Shown in pieces: positions 47,745 through 56,924 of a DNA stretch of 64,000 nucleotides. The translations under genes were made by a program, and so were the position numbers. The notes beneath the pieces are model-generated. The model did no database searches. It worked only from the letters and a program-made list of their open reading frames with translations, and was not told where the DNA came from. This stretch comes from Patescibacteria group bacterium. Lineage in GTDB: Bacteria > Patescibacteriota > WWE3 > 2-01-FULL-39-13. The DNA is taken from contig JASNYX010000004.1 in assembly GCA_048499955.1 (NCBI GenBank), positions 3,249 to 67,248 on the forward strand, in the 5' to 3' direction. Within the stretch, counting starts at the first letter, position 1. Each line of letters begins with the position of its first letter.

Positions 47745-48470
47745 ATGGCAATCAACTTAACAAATCAAACCGCACTTATCACAGGATCAACCGATGGGCT
47801 CGGCAAATTACTTGCAATCGAATTAGCTAAACATAAAGCTAACGTTATAGTTCACGGCAAAAACGAAGTTAAGATTGCAAGTGTGATTTCAAATCTTAAA
47901 GAAATAAATCCAACGGGTAAGCATGATAGTGTAGTTTGTGACTTTCGAACTCCTGAGAGTATTTCAAATAGCTTCAGTAAAATCAGAAATCTTGATATTT
48001 TAGTAAACAACGCAGGAGTCTGGCTTGAGGGAAATACAATTGATGCACCTGAAGAAAAAATACTTGAGCTCGCAAATGTTAACCTTATTTCAGCTATGAT
48101 GGCTACGAAAACGCTGCTTCCGGCCTTACTCAAGTCTAAATTCGGACAAATCCTAAACGTTTCGAGTGTCGCCGGAATCGAGATTCCATTTGATTATTAT
48201 CATACAATTTACACCGCAACAAAATTCGGGGTACAAGGTTTTTCCGAGGCACTCTCAAAAGAATTCAATGACAAAAATTTACGGGTAATGGGATTTTATC
48301 CCGGAGGAATGGAAACAAAGATTTTTGAAAAAGCAGGAAACGAATATGAAGATCATGAGCCTTGGATGTTCGATCCGAAGGAATCAGTTGATGCTATGAT
48401 TTTTATGCTAACAAGAAACGAAAAAGTAAATGTAAAAAGAATGGATCTGTTAAATCACTTACAGGCTTAA
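47745..48470 (+). CDS. SDR-family oxidoreductase
   Basis: The TGxxxGxG-type site is ITGSTDGLGK, with NNAG and YTATKFG (YxxxK). Confidence 0.8.
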   Translation: MAINLTNQTALITGSTDGLGKLLAIELAKHKANVIVHGKNEVKIASVISNLKEINPTGKHDSVVCDFRTPESISNSFSKIRNLDILVNNAGVWLEGNTIDAPEEKILELANVNLISAMMATKTLLPALLKSKFGQILNVSSVAGIEIPFDYYHTIYTATKFGVQGFSEALSKEFNDKNLRVMGFYPGGMETKIFEKAGNEYEDHEPWMFDPKESVDAMIFMLTRNEKVNVKRMDLLNHLQA

Positions 48471-48507
48471 ATTCACACGAGGTTTCTAATTGTCGAATTA
48501 ATAGGAA

Positions 48508-49011
48508 CTACAATACATATAAGCGAAGCAAAGAAACAACATAGTACGAGAAAAGCAGAAGACTTCCCCACCACCCAAAAAATGAAACAATAAAACTTAT
48601 CATTATTTTGTGCTGCAAATTAGTAGGTAGCAATTCTTCTGATCGACCTTCTTTTTCTTTAAGTAACAAAAGAGGGCTTACATGAAAGGTTAAGAAAAGT
48701 CCGTTCAGCATTAAAAGTGAGATTATAATCCAATGTAAAATTGAGATCGTATTAACCCCGTACAAAGAATAAAACCATACAGTACCGATCAGGTTTAACA
48801 GTGTCCCGATCCAAATAAGTGGCTTAGTAACTTTATGAGCCGAAATAGTCGCCCGTGTCCAATATTTTGATTTTCTACCCAAAAATCCATGAAGGTCTAT
48901 TACAGTGACAGCTCCCAATCCAATAATATAACCGGCAATCAAAACGAATAAGCTAATTATATGTTCATCCATAAAATTGAAACCTGCAAAATAGTTGCAA
49001 ATAAAACCCAA
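48508..49011 (-). CDS. hypothetical polytopic membrane protein
   Basis: Four to five TM helices. It overlaps tspO by 55 nt, so the real start is probably the internal Met (MDEHIIS). Confidence 0.35.
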   Translation of the reverse strand: MGFICNYFAGFNFMDEHIISLFVLIAGYIIGLGAVTVIDLHGFLGRKSKYWTRATISAHKVTKPLIWIGTLLNLIGTVWFYSLYGVNTISILHWIIISLLMLNGLFLTFHVSPLLLLKEKEGRSEELLPTNLQHKIMISFIVSFFGWWGSLLLFSYYVVSLLRLYVL

Positions 49012-49355
49012 AGAAAATATGGGATCTGAGCGTAAAAAACCAACTTAGAGTAGCCTTTTATCAAAATCATAAACCAAACCAACGAAAACAATACAATCAA
49101 AATATCGATTGTGGCAAGCAAATTATTCTGAAGCGTAAATTGAATGTAAGAAAAAAATAAATTTGAAAATAAGTTTATGAAAAGCGGAATCAATACCTTC
49201 CGGGGTATTTTTCCTTTATAAACCAAGTAACATACATACCCAAAACTCACAAAAATTATCGGGTAAAGTATCGACCAAGCGACACCGAATAGATACGCAG
49301 GGGGTGCAAACCAAGGCTTATTTATGCGCTCATACCAAATGGAAACATTGCTCAC
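48957..49355 (-). CDS. tspO: TspO/MBR-family tryptophan-rich sensory protein (short form)
   Basis: NKPWFAPPAYLFGVAWSILYPI and the C-terminal WVLFATILQVSILWMN. Confidence 0.65.
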   Translation of the reverse strand: MSNVSIWYERINKPWFAPPAYLFGVAWSILYPIIFVSFGYVCYLVYKGKIPRKVLIPLFINLFSNLFFSYIQFTLQNNLLATIDILIVLFSLVWFMILIKGYSKLVFYAQIPYFLWVLFATILQVSILWMNI

Positions 49356-49396
49356 CTACTAATCATATCAGATCTATATAATCTAGTTGTGAGTCT

Positions 49397-50392
49397 TCAT
49401 ACTTTCATGCTGATGTTTGCCATTGACCATGAAATAATATGATTTACAGGGTGAAGCAGATTACCGTTTTCATCGGTCGAGGCATACTCCGCTTCCCTAG
49501 CCTGCAAAATTGAAGAGTACTCATCTCCGGCATATTTGCCGATTACCGACCAAAAAGCCTCGTCATTTACCGGCATTCCACCATAGGTTCGAGGTTGTCT
49601 TAAGGGGCTCAAAGATGAATAAATATTGCGTGCGATTCCCAACCCTTCAGAGCTTCCCGGTTCTATTTGATCCGCTTTTAACCGCTCAATAGTCTCATCA
49701 CTAAAACCAACAAGACTTTGATTGCATCCAAGCCATTCCGCTTGTATGGATTTTGCGCTATCTCTTACAAATTCAATACCACGTTCCAGATTTTTTCTCT
49801 CTGCGGCAATTGTCGAAGTTGTCTCGATTAAATCAACCACGCTAGGGTGTGCAAAATCCGATTGAACCGCCTCGTAAGCTCTCGTAAGCTCTTCATCTCT
49901 TAGCCCCTCTAACGTAGCAAGTAGCTGGCGTTCTTCGGGCTTGTCTACTCTATCAACAAAATTATCAGGCGAATAGAACTCAGCGTAACCCAAAGACCCT
50001 ATACCACTTCGTGCTTCAGTATCGATCATTATTTCCCAAGCAGAATAGCCAACGATAGTAGCAATACGACGGTTTATCCCTAATACACAGGCACTAGGAT
50101 CGCCTTTCAATATTTCAGCTCGTATTTTATATAACCAAGATGCAATAAGCCTTTGCTGCTCATGTAGTTGTATAGGATTTGTGTAATAGGAGTAAACTGT
50201 TTCAAGTTCATCAGCAAGCTGTCTTAGACTTGAAATGCGTCTCCGTCCGACGCGATCGTCCGGACCAGTGTGATTCTCCCTCTCCTGCACGTCAATTTTA
50301 AGGCCTTGAACTATATCATCCTTTGACGTAATAGCCACACCGGATAATCCATAATCGGGTAATTGTTCTGTTGGATTGGGGAATGAATCCAT
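49397..50392 (-). CDS. hypothetical protein (no motif recognised)
   Basis: 331-aa soluble protein. It is GC-richer than its neighbours. Confidence 0.4.
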   Translation of the reverse strand: MDSFPNPTEQLPDYGLSGVAITSKDDIVQGLKIDVQERENHTGPDDRVGRRRISSLRQLADELETVYSYYTNPIQLHEQQRLIASWLYKIRAEILKGDPSACVLGINRRIATIVGYSAWEIMIDTEARSGIGSLGYAEFYSPDNFVDRVDKPEERQLLATLEGLRDEELTRAYEAVQSDFAHPSVVDLIETTSTIAAERKNLERGIEFVRDSAKSIQAEWLGCNQSLVGFSDETIERLKADQIEPGSSEGLGIARNIYSSLSPLRQPRTYGGMPVNDEAFWSVIGKYAGDEYSSILQAREAEYASTDENGNLLHPVNHIISWSMANISMKV

Positions 50393-50399
50393 AGACTAA

Positions 50400-50744
50400 T
50401 TGTATCAAAGGCTTTTAGATCTATACAATATTAACTATACTTACGATATGAATTATAAAATCATCCCCGCAATCATATTAGGAACAGAGGCAATTTTATC
50501 GTTCTATAGAGCCCTTAATCCGGCACACCCATTTGATTTACCACCCGCACACGCACTTTTCGGAGCCATCTTTGTCTTACAAGCACTGGCAATTTATTAC
50601 AGACCCAATAATAAACCATTACAATTCACCGTATTCTTATTCAGCTTTCTGCTTGGACCGGGAGTGGGCTATGGATTCGGACTCGGTTGGATATTTGCAA
50701 TAGCGTTGGTAGTTTCCTTTGTATTAATAGCCAAGAAAAAGTAA
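50400..50744 (+). CDS. small membrane protein
   Basis: Three TM helices in 114 aa. Confidence 0.35.
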   Translation: MYQRLLDLYNINYTYDMNYKIIPAIILGTEAILSFYRALNPAHPFDLPPAHALFGAIFVLQALAIYYRPNNKPLQFTVFLFSFLLGPGVGYGFGLGWIFAIALVVSFVLIAKKK

Positions 50745-50820
50745 TTAAAGATTGTGAGGAAAATATTTCTGTTCTACCAAAATACCACTCATAACCTGGT
50801 GTAGACCTCCGAGCATATTT

Positions 50821-51312
50821 TTATAAATCAATCTTACTCACGGAATTCTTTTCAGTATCAAATATTACAAAACTGGGTTTGCCTGTTTTATAGCCCTGTA
50901 CTTCGCCGGGGTTTATTAAAACTGCATTGCCAACTTTATCTTCTCCATAAATGTGGGTGTGCCCGTATATACAAAGATCAAATTCACCTGATTTAGCAGC
51001 TAATTCAGCAACACGAGGGTAATGATCCATGAAAATCTTAGTTCCATCGATCTCTCCTTCAAAGATATCTCCACATAGTTCTATCTTTTCAGAAGCATCA
51101 ATCATTCTCGTCAATCCCATTCGTTCAGCTTCATTATTTCCCCAAACAAACTTAACTTTGCCATTAAATTTTTCTAAGATAGCCAGCTGAGGTGGGGCAA
51201 TTAGATCTCCTGCAAATAATAGGAATTCGCATTTCTGCTCATTAGAAATGAGCACAGCTTTCTCTAAATTTATCCAGTTATCATGACTATCAGACATTAT
51301 TGAAATTTTCAT
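50821..51312 (-). CDS. YfcE/MJ0936-family metallophosphoesterase
   Basis: IMSDSH, FAGDL, GNNE and GHTH motifs. Confidence 0.75.
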   Translation of the reverse strand: MKISIMSDSHDNWINLEKAVLISNEQKCEFLLFAGDLIAPPQLAILEKFNGKVKFVWGNNEAERMGLTRMIDASEKIELCGDIFEGEIDGTKIFMDHYPRVAELAAKSGEFDLCIYGHTHIYGEDKVGNAVLINPGEVQGYKTGKPSFVIFDTEKNSVSKIDL

Positions 51313-51369
51313 ATTTTCAATATACCATCTGTTGATAAATATCAGAATTGGAATAAAATTCTAGCTAAT

Positions 51370-52287
51370 ATGACAACTTACATCTTAACTGCATTAAGCA
51401 ACGATAAATTTACAAAAGCACTTAATGCGATCACCAGTGATGTCGTCTACTTAACATCCCCCGCAAAATTATCTAGCATTAATGAACTACATAAAGACGA
51501 TGAGAAAATAATAGTAATTGACCCCGACTTTGTAGATTGGGAAGTTTCTCAGCAAGACTTGTCGTCAATTCCAAATTTAAAGGCTGTTCTTGTCTCTAGC
51601 ACTTCGTTTGGTTGGGTTGACCAAAACTATTTAAACGAAAAAAATATTCCCCTGATAAACGTAAAAGATTGGTGTACGCACGCGGTAGCAGAATATGCAA
51701 TCATGATGACATTTAATCTTGTTAGGAAAATGCCGTTACTTATTAAAGATGGCTTTCCATTGGATTACGAAAAATACTGTGGGTTCGAATTAAAAGGAAA
51801 AACGACAGGTATTATCGGAATGGGCAATATTGGTAAAGCATTAACAGAAAAATTAAATGGACTGGGAATGAAAGTAGTCTACTGGTCTAAAAATAGCAAA
51901 ACTGACAAAGCCGAATATATTTCATTGGAAAAGCTATTTCAATCTTCCGATTTTATTTTCCCAACAATGGCGGATAATACCGAAACACAACAAATTATCA
52001 CCGACAATTTGTTGAAATCGCTTATGCCAAGTAGCTACTTTGTAAGTATTGTTCACAGATACTACAACCACAATCTACTTTTAGAAATGGTAAAAGATGG
52101 AAATCTTTCAGGTTACGGATTCGAAGATAGTAAAACTAAAATGTCGGATTATGTAGGTAATATATGGGTAGCACCTGAATATGCCTGGTGCACAAGGGAA
52201 TCATTTGAAACAAATGATAAGAAGTTATTGGATAATATAAAATCTGCATTAAGTGGGAACTATGACGGAAAGGTGAATTTTATCTAG
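51370..52287 (+). CDS. D-isomer-specific 2-hydroxyacid dehydrogenase-family protein
   Basis: The NAD site is GIIGMGNIGKAL. It is 305 aa. Confidence 0.65.
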   Translation: MTTYILTALSNDKFTKALNAITSDVVYLTSPAKLSSINELHKDDEKIIVIDPDFVDWEVSQQDLSSIPNLKAVLVSSTSFGWVDQNYLNEKNIPLINVKDWCTHAVAEYAIMMTFNLVRKMPLLIKDGFPLDYEKYCGFELKGKTTGIIGMGNIGKALTEKLNGLGMKVVYWSKNSKTDKAEYISLEKLFQSSDFIFPTMADNTETQQIITDNLLKSLMPSSYFVSIVHRYYNHNLLLEMVKDGNLSGYGFEDSKTKMSDYVGNIWVAPEYAWCTRESFETNDKKLLDNIKSALSGNYDGKVNFI

Positions 52288-52448
52288 GCTGTTCGGTTAC
52301 CGAATGAACGCATACTACATTTCATAATAATCAATCTCGAAATCTAATACCGGACTTGGTAAGATTTCATCAAAAAATTCTGATTGATGCTCTCGGAAAA
52401 AACCTTAGGTCTATAATGTAACCACCAACGTTGCAAATAAAACTTATA

Positions 52449-52886
52449 TTATTCATTTTCTGATTTGGTATGTAGGAGGCCAGATCTCTCCCTAAAAGTT
52501 TGAATCAATTGATCTTTTACTAATTGAGCTAAAGCAGCATCATTTATTATAGTTTCAACAATTTTTGATAACTCACCTTCCATATGCATTCCTGCTGTCA
52601 AGGAATCATTACCCCCGCTTAAGCGTCTTTTTCCTATTAACTCTTCGACTGTGTTCTCTACCTGAAGTAAAAGATTTAGAACAACTCCTTCCTTAGATAA
52701 TTCTGCCCCACCCAACGAACTTGCAATATGGCCGTATAGCTCATCAAACCCATTTCCTCTAGGTAACTTAGACACCTCAAAAGTTTCCTCCAAAGTTTCT
52801 TTAGGAGGGAATACAATCGAAGGTTCATTTGCTGACTCACTTATTCCCGGTTGGTCTCCTGAAAATGGAGTAGTATCTAGTGACAT
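52449..52886 (-). CDS. hypothetical protein
   Basis: 145-aa acidic ORF with no motif. It lies at the 3' flank of tRNA-Gln. Confidence 0.3.
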   Translation of the reverse strand: MSLDTTPFSGDQPGISESANEPSIVFPPKETLEETFEVSKLPRGNGFDELYGHIASSLGGAELSKEGVVLNLLLQVENTVEELIGKRRLSGGNDSLTAGMHMEGELSKIVETIINDAALAQLVKDQLIQTFRERSGLLHTKSENE

Positions 52887-52930
52887 ATAAAATGTATTAT
52901 AACAAATAACTACTTATACTAGCATATCAA

Positions 52931-53004
52931 TGGCTGCCCAGCCTGGATTTGAACCAGGATTCTACGCTCCAGAGGCGCATGTCCTACCGTTAGACGACCG
53001 GGCA
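52931..53004 (-). tRNA. tRNA-Gln (anticodon CTG), CCA encoded
   Basis: The reverse complement folds as a cloverleaf. The acceptor pairs TGCCCGG with CTGGGCA. The D-arm is GTCGTCTAACGGTAGGACA. The anticodon stem is TGCGC/GCGTA with loop CTCTGGA. The T-arm is CCTGG-TTCAAAT-CCAGG. It has a discriminator G plus CCA. Confidence 0.8.
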
Positions 53005-53226
53005 ATAGTTTTATCCTTATATATACAGTATAGCCTCAAAATCTGCGTTTTATAGCCGTGGGGATGTAACAAACGCTCACGAGACTAGCGTAATTTTACT
53101 ATATTTGGGCACTTTTAACGACCATTATACAGGCAGCAGACCTCCCATCGGCAAACGCCCTATAGTATGATATACTCTCGCCAGAAATCTCGAATCGCTC
53201 GAGATTAATTCAGAGGAGGTCCTGCG

Positions 53227-53403
53227 ATGTCACAAAAAAACGTGATGGCCCGGATGCTTTTTTCATTACTGGTGGCGATAATCACCATCGGGTTACAAGA
53301 CCCGAAGGTGGGTATCACACTCGTATTATTCGCATCGTTGACGTTCGCCGTAGTAACCCTCGTTGCCGACATCATCCACTTTGTACGGATGATTAAGCGG
53401 TAA
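53227..53403 (+). CDS. 58-aa hydrophobic two-helix peptide with a strong Shine-Dalgarno sequence (candidate small membrane toxin-like peptide)
   Basis: GAGGAGG lies 6 nt upstream of the ATG. The product is MSQKNVMARMLFSLLVAIITIGLQDPKVGITLVLFASLTFAVVTLVADIIHFVRMIKR. It was not in the ORF track because it is under 60 aa. The track instead lists an antisense ORF, 53205..53471. Confidence 0.4.
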   Translation: MSQKNVMARMLFSLLVAIITIGLQDPKVGITLVLFASLTFAVVTLVADIIHFVRMIKR

Positions 53404-53547
53404 CACATCCCCCCTCCCAATTTCGGGATAGCATGAGCACATGCTAATAGATCATAATCTATAGGGAACAATTTTTTAAATCCTAGAAAATCAAATAAAA
53501 AAATATAAGCTCTGAAAACGAATGAAGAATTATTTCTGAATGAGTAT

Positions 53548-54251
53548 TTAGCGATTTCTTTCGTTCTTCACAAACACAAATGTTCCGATTGCTATGAATA
53601 CGACCATCATGGCAGCTACAACAGCGATGTTAAGCATCGGATTAAACAATACAGCTTTATCATATTCAGGAGTTCCCCAGTAATAGATGCTGCGCATTAA
53701 GTCTACTGCGTATGTCATTGGAGAAATTCTCGACAGTATCAAAAGTGGCAATGGCAAAATCTGAATCGGATTAAAAACTCCGGCAAGAAAAAATTGCGGA
53801 AACAACAGAAACGGAAAAATCTGATTTGCTGCTCTTTGTTCACTTAGATTCGCCATAACCAAAAGTCCGAATGATCCACCTAATAATGCCGCTATAAACG
53901 CAAAAGGAATTAAACTTAATAACGCACCGTAAGAAATCGGAACGCCAAATAGAATTCCAAATAGTACAATTCCGAAAACCTGCAGAAACGAAACTACTGT
54001 TTCACCTAGGATTTTTCCTATTACAATTGTGTATCTTGAAATCGGAGATATAAACATTTCTTGTGCAAAATCGTTTTGTCTATCTTCTATTAATGAAATT
54101 ATCCCTGCTGCGGTTGATTGAAATAATGGGGAAAGCTAAACTCGCAAGCACTCTCGCTCGATCTCTCATTAGCTTTGTAATATCACGCGAAGCTATAGTT
54201 ATAATTGCGTTAATTTCATTTTTCAGTTTCATGTTGTCCATTTTCAATTAA
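53548..54251 (-). pseudogene. ABC-2-type transporter permease, apparently disrupted (N-terminal segment in another frame, internal TAG, TM1-TM2 region missing)
   Basis: The C-terminal 169-aa ORF has the ABC-2 core ISPISRYTIVIGKILGE plus 4 TM helices. Its frame continues upstream to a TAG. The N-terminal 39 aa (MKLKNEINAIITIASRDITKLMRDRARVLASLAFPIISI) are in a different frame downstream of the ATPase gene. Confidence 0.45.
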
Positions 54252-55178
54252 ATTTATATAAGCTTCTTCCAAACTTGGAGCATATACATTAACTTTTGTT
54301 AAAGGCGTTTCTATTTTTTTCATTAAATCCTGTACTTCACGGCTTTGCTTGATATCAATTTTATAGGGACCATCTCCGGTAAATTTAATATTTCGACCTG
54401 AAAGTTCACGAATCAAATCAGACCTGTTACCGGAATCTACAATCAGGTGTTCATCTATTAATTTTTCTTTTATTTGTTGAGGAGATCCTTCGGAAATTAT
54501 TTTGCCGTGATTTATTATGCAAATATGGTCTGCACCCTCGGCCTCATCTAAGTAATGTGTTGTTAAAAATATGGTTATGTTTTCTTTACGCCTGACTTCC
54601 TGTAAATATGTCCAGAGATTTTTTCTGCTAACCGGGTCTAACCCTATAGTAGGTTCGTCCAAAAATAAAACTTTGGGATCATGCATTAAGCCACGAATGA
54701 TTTCGAGTTTTCGTTTCATGCCTCCGGAATATGACTTGATGGGATTAAAAAGTTCATCCATTTTTAGTCCGATTACTTTTGCCAGTTGCTCAACTTTTTT
54801 GCGATAGCTTTCAGGCATCATTCTAAACGCGGGAGCATACGAATAAAGCCCATATAAATTAGCATGGAACCTGATATTTTCTTCTGCAGTTAGGTTAGCA
54901 TCAAGGCTCGGGTTTTGAAAAATTACACCAATATTACGTCTTACTTCTGAAGAATTCTTATCAAGATTATATCCTGCAACATAAACTTCTCCGGAAGTCT
55001 TAGATAAGGTAGTGGTTTTTCCAGCACCGTTTGGTCCAAGTAAAGCGAAAAAACTGCCTTCTGCAACCTCGAAACTTATATCATCAACTGCGTTTACAGT
55101 TCCCTTTTTATATTTTTTTATTAGATTTTTTACTTTTACGATTGGTTCACAAACATGAATTATAGCACCAAGCCCCAC
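54216..55178 (-). CDS. ABC transporter ATP-binding protein (possibly carrying a short in-frame deletion after the P-loop)
   Basis: Walker A is GPNGAGKTTT. The signature is YSGGMKRKL and Walker B is VLFLDEPTIGLD. The segment between the P-loop and SGEVYV is ~7 aa shorter than usual (TTTLSKTSGE). Confidence 0.7.
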   Translation of the reverse strand: MGLGAIIHVCEPIVKVKNLIKKYKKGTVNAVDDISFEVAEGSFFALLGPNGAGKTTTLSKTSGEVYVAGYNLDKNSSEVRRNIGVIFQNPSLDANLTAEENIRFHANLYGLYSYAPAFRMMPESYRKKVEQLAKVIGLKMDELFNPIKSYSGGMKRKLEIIRGLMHDPKVLFLDEPTIGLDPVSRKNLWTYLQEVRRKENITIFLTTHYLDEAEGADHICIINHGKIISEGSPQQIKEKLIDEHLIVDSGNRSDLIRELSGRNIKFTGDGPYKIDIKQSREVQDLMKKIETPLTKVNVYAPSLEEAYINLIENGQHETEK

Positions 55179-55224
55179 AGGGCAGTCTAGAGGCGATATG
55201 GTTTATTCTGTGACGATGAGAATA

Positions 55225-56742
55225 TCAAATAGATTCGATGGCTTCGCCAATGGATCTTAATGTCTTAGCTTTCCCTAATAAAAGCATGGATTCAAATAAA
55301 GGTGGAGAAACTTTACTTCGGCAGATAGCTATTCTAATCGGATAAAAAACTTCCATGATTTTCCAACCTAATTCAGCTGCACGAGCGGATACAATCGATT
55401 CAGTATTTTTTAAGCTTTCTAAATTCCATTCAGTTTCCTCCAGTCGGTGCAGAACCCAATTTAAGTGTCCATCAATTTCGGCAGCACCACGGTGAGCGGA
55501 AATTAATTCCACATCGACGGGTAACCTTTTAATAAAAAAATCGTTCATCGGTAACAAATCTTCGAACTTCTTAATACGTTCTTTGTTAATATCTATAAAC
55601 AGTTTTTTTAAATCGGGTTCAAGATCATTTAAGAAGGCCTTCATCGTGACGTGATCTTCTGTTTTCCAATGTGATTCATATTCAACTGCCCCTCGATAAG
55701 GATAAGTCATACAGTGATCTAACCAAGAGATTAACTTCTCATATATTTCAACTGAATCACCTACCCGCAAATATTGCCCGTTCATCCATTCAAGTTTTGT
55801 TAAATCAAATTTCGGATTAATAGGTGATAAATCTTTCGGATCAAACTTATTAACAAATTCTTCAAAATTGAAAATTTCTTTTTCTTCAGGATGACTCCAA
55901 CCAAGCAGTGAAATAAAATTTATTACAGCCTGTGGCAAAAATCCTTTTCGTAAATACCAATCTACGCTGGCGTGCCCCTGACGTTTGGACACCTTCGAAC
56001 CATCCATATTCGAAATCTGTGCAGTATGAATAAATTGAGGCATTTCCCAACCAAAATAATCATATAAGAGTTTATGCTTGGGAAACGAAGTAATCCAATC
56101 CGGACCTCGCACCACATGGGTAATTTCCATTAAGTGATCATCTACCACAACTGCCAAATGATAAGTCGGAAAACCATCGCCTTTAATTATTACCTGATCG
56201 TCAATAACAGAAGAATCGAATTCGATATTTCCACGAATAAGGTCATGTACAACAACTTTTTCGTTATTCGGGATTTTCATGCGAATAACATGGGGCTCAC
56301 CACTTGAAGCCCGACGAGCGGATTCTTCAGGATCAAGATCTCGGCAATGTTTATCGTACATCGGCATTTTACCGTTTTTTTGCTGTTCTTCTCGGATTTG
56401 AGTCAGCCTATCTTTAGTACAAAAACAATAATAAGCGTGTCCTTTATTCAAAAGTTCCTGTGCGTGTTTTTGATAAATTTCGAGCCTTTGTGACTGATGG
56501 TATGGTCCAAAATCCCCACCATAATGAGGACCTTCATCCGGAACCATTCCGAAATTACTCAGTCCTTCGTAAATTGCCGATTCGGCATCTTCCACTAACC
56601 GACTTTGATCGGTATCTTCAATCCGCAAGATAAACTTACCTGTATTCTTTAGGGCAATTGCTTTATCCAACATTGCCTGATAAAGCGTACCTAAGTGCAT
56701 GTATCCTGTCGGGCTTGGGCCGACTCTAGTTCTTATTGCCAT
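55225..56742 (-). CDS. gltX: glutamyl-tRNA synthetase
   Basis: The HIGH region is PSPTGYMHLGTL and the KMSKS-like motif is KVSKRQG. It is 505 aa. Confidence 0.85.
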   Translation of the reverse strand: MAIRTRVGPSPTGYMHLGTLYQAMLDKAIALKNTGKFILRIEDTDQSRLVEDAESAIYEGLSNFGMVPDEGPHYGGDFGPYHQSQRLEIYQKHAQELLNKGHAYYCFCTKDRLTQIREEQQKNGKMPMYDKHCRDLDPEESARRASSGEPHVIRMKIPNNEKVVVHDLIRGNIEFDSSVIDDQVIIKGDGFPTYHLAVVVDDHLMEITHVVRGPDWITSFPKHKLLYDYFGWEMPQFIHTAQISNMDGSKVSKRQGHASVDWYLRKGFLPQAVINFISLLGWSHPEEKEIFNFEEFVNKFDPKDLSPINPKFDLTKLEWMNGQYLRVGDSVEIYEKLISWLDHCMTYPYRGAVEYESHWKTEDHVTMKAFLNDLEPDLKKLFIDINKERIKKFEDLLPMNDFFIKRLPVDVELISAHRGAAEIDGHLNWVLHRLEETEWNLESLKNTESIVSARAAELGWKIMEVFYPIRIAICRSKVSPPLFESMLLLGKAKTLRSIGEAIESI

Positions 56743-56924
56743 AGTTTGTTAGAAAATAAATTAGAACTCATCTAAAAACCTTTCCAAAGTTCGAAACGGT
56801 TTCGGCAGATGTCGTTGTCCTTTCCATACCTTTCCGCGCCTCAAGCTCACTTTGGAAAGCTTTTTAGATCCGTTGTAATTATGAGGGTTCTCGAGGTTTT
56901 CAGATAGCTTTTAGTTTTCAAAAG

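Noticed and set aside
48508-49355. Possible frameshift joining the 167-aa membrane ORF and tspO (55-nt overlap)
   Set aside because: The tspO ORF already contains both the N-terminal (KPWFAPP...W) and C-terminal (WVLFATILQVSILWMN) hallmark segments. The overlap is better explained by a downstream start (MDEHIIS) for the second gene.
49866-49886. Tandem duplicate CTCGTAAGCT CTCGTAAGCT (possible repeat or CRISPR-like unit)
   Set aside because: It is only two copies, and it lies inside a continuous ORF where it encodes ...ELTRAYEAV... There are no further copies, so it is coincidental.
53205-53471. 88-aa minus-strand ORF from the six-frame track
   Set aside because: It is antisense to a 58-aa plus-strand ORF that has a perfect GAGGAGG ribosome-binding site. 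It has no RBS or hydrophobic logic of its own. It is most likely a shadow ORF of the GC-rich islet.
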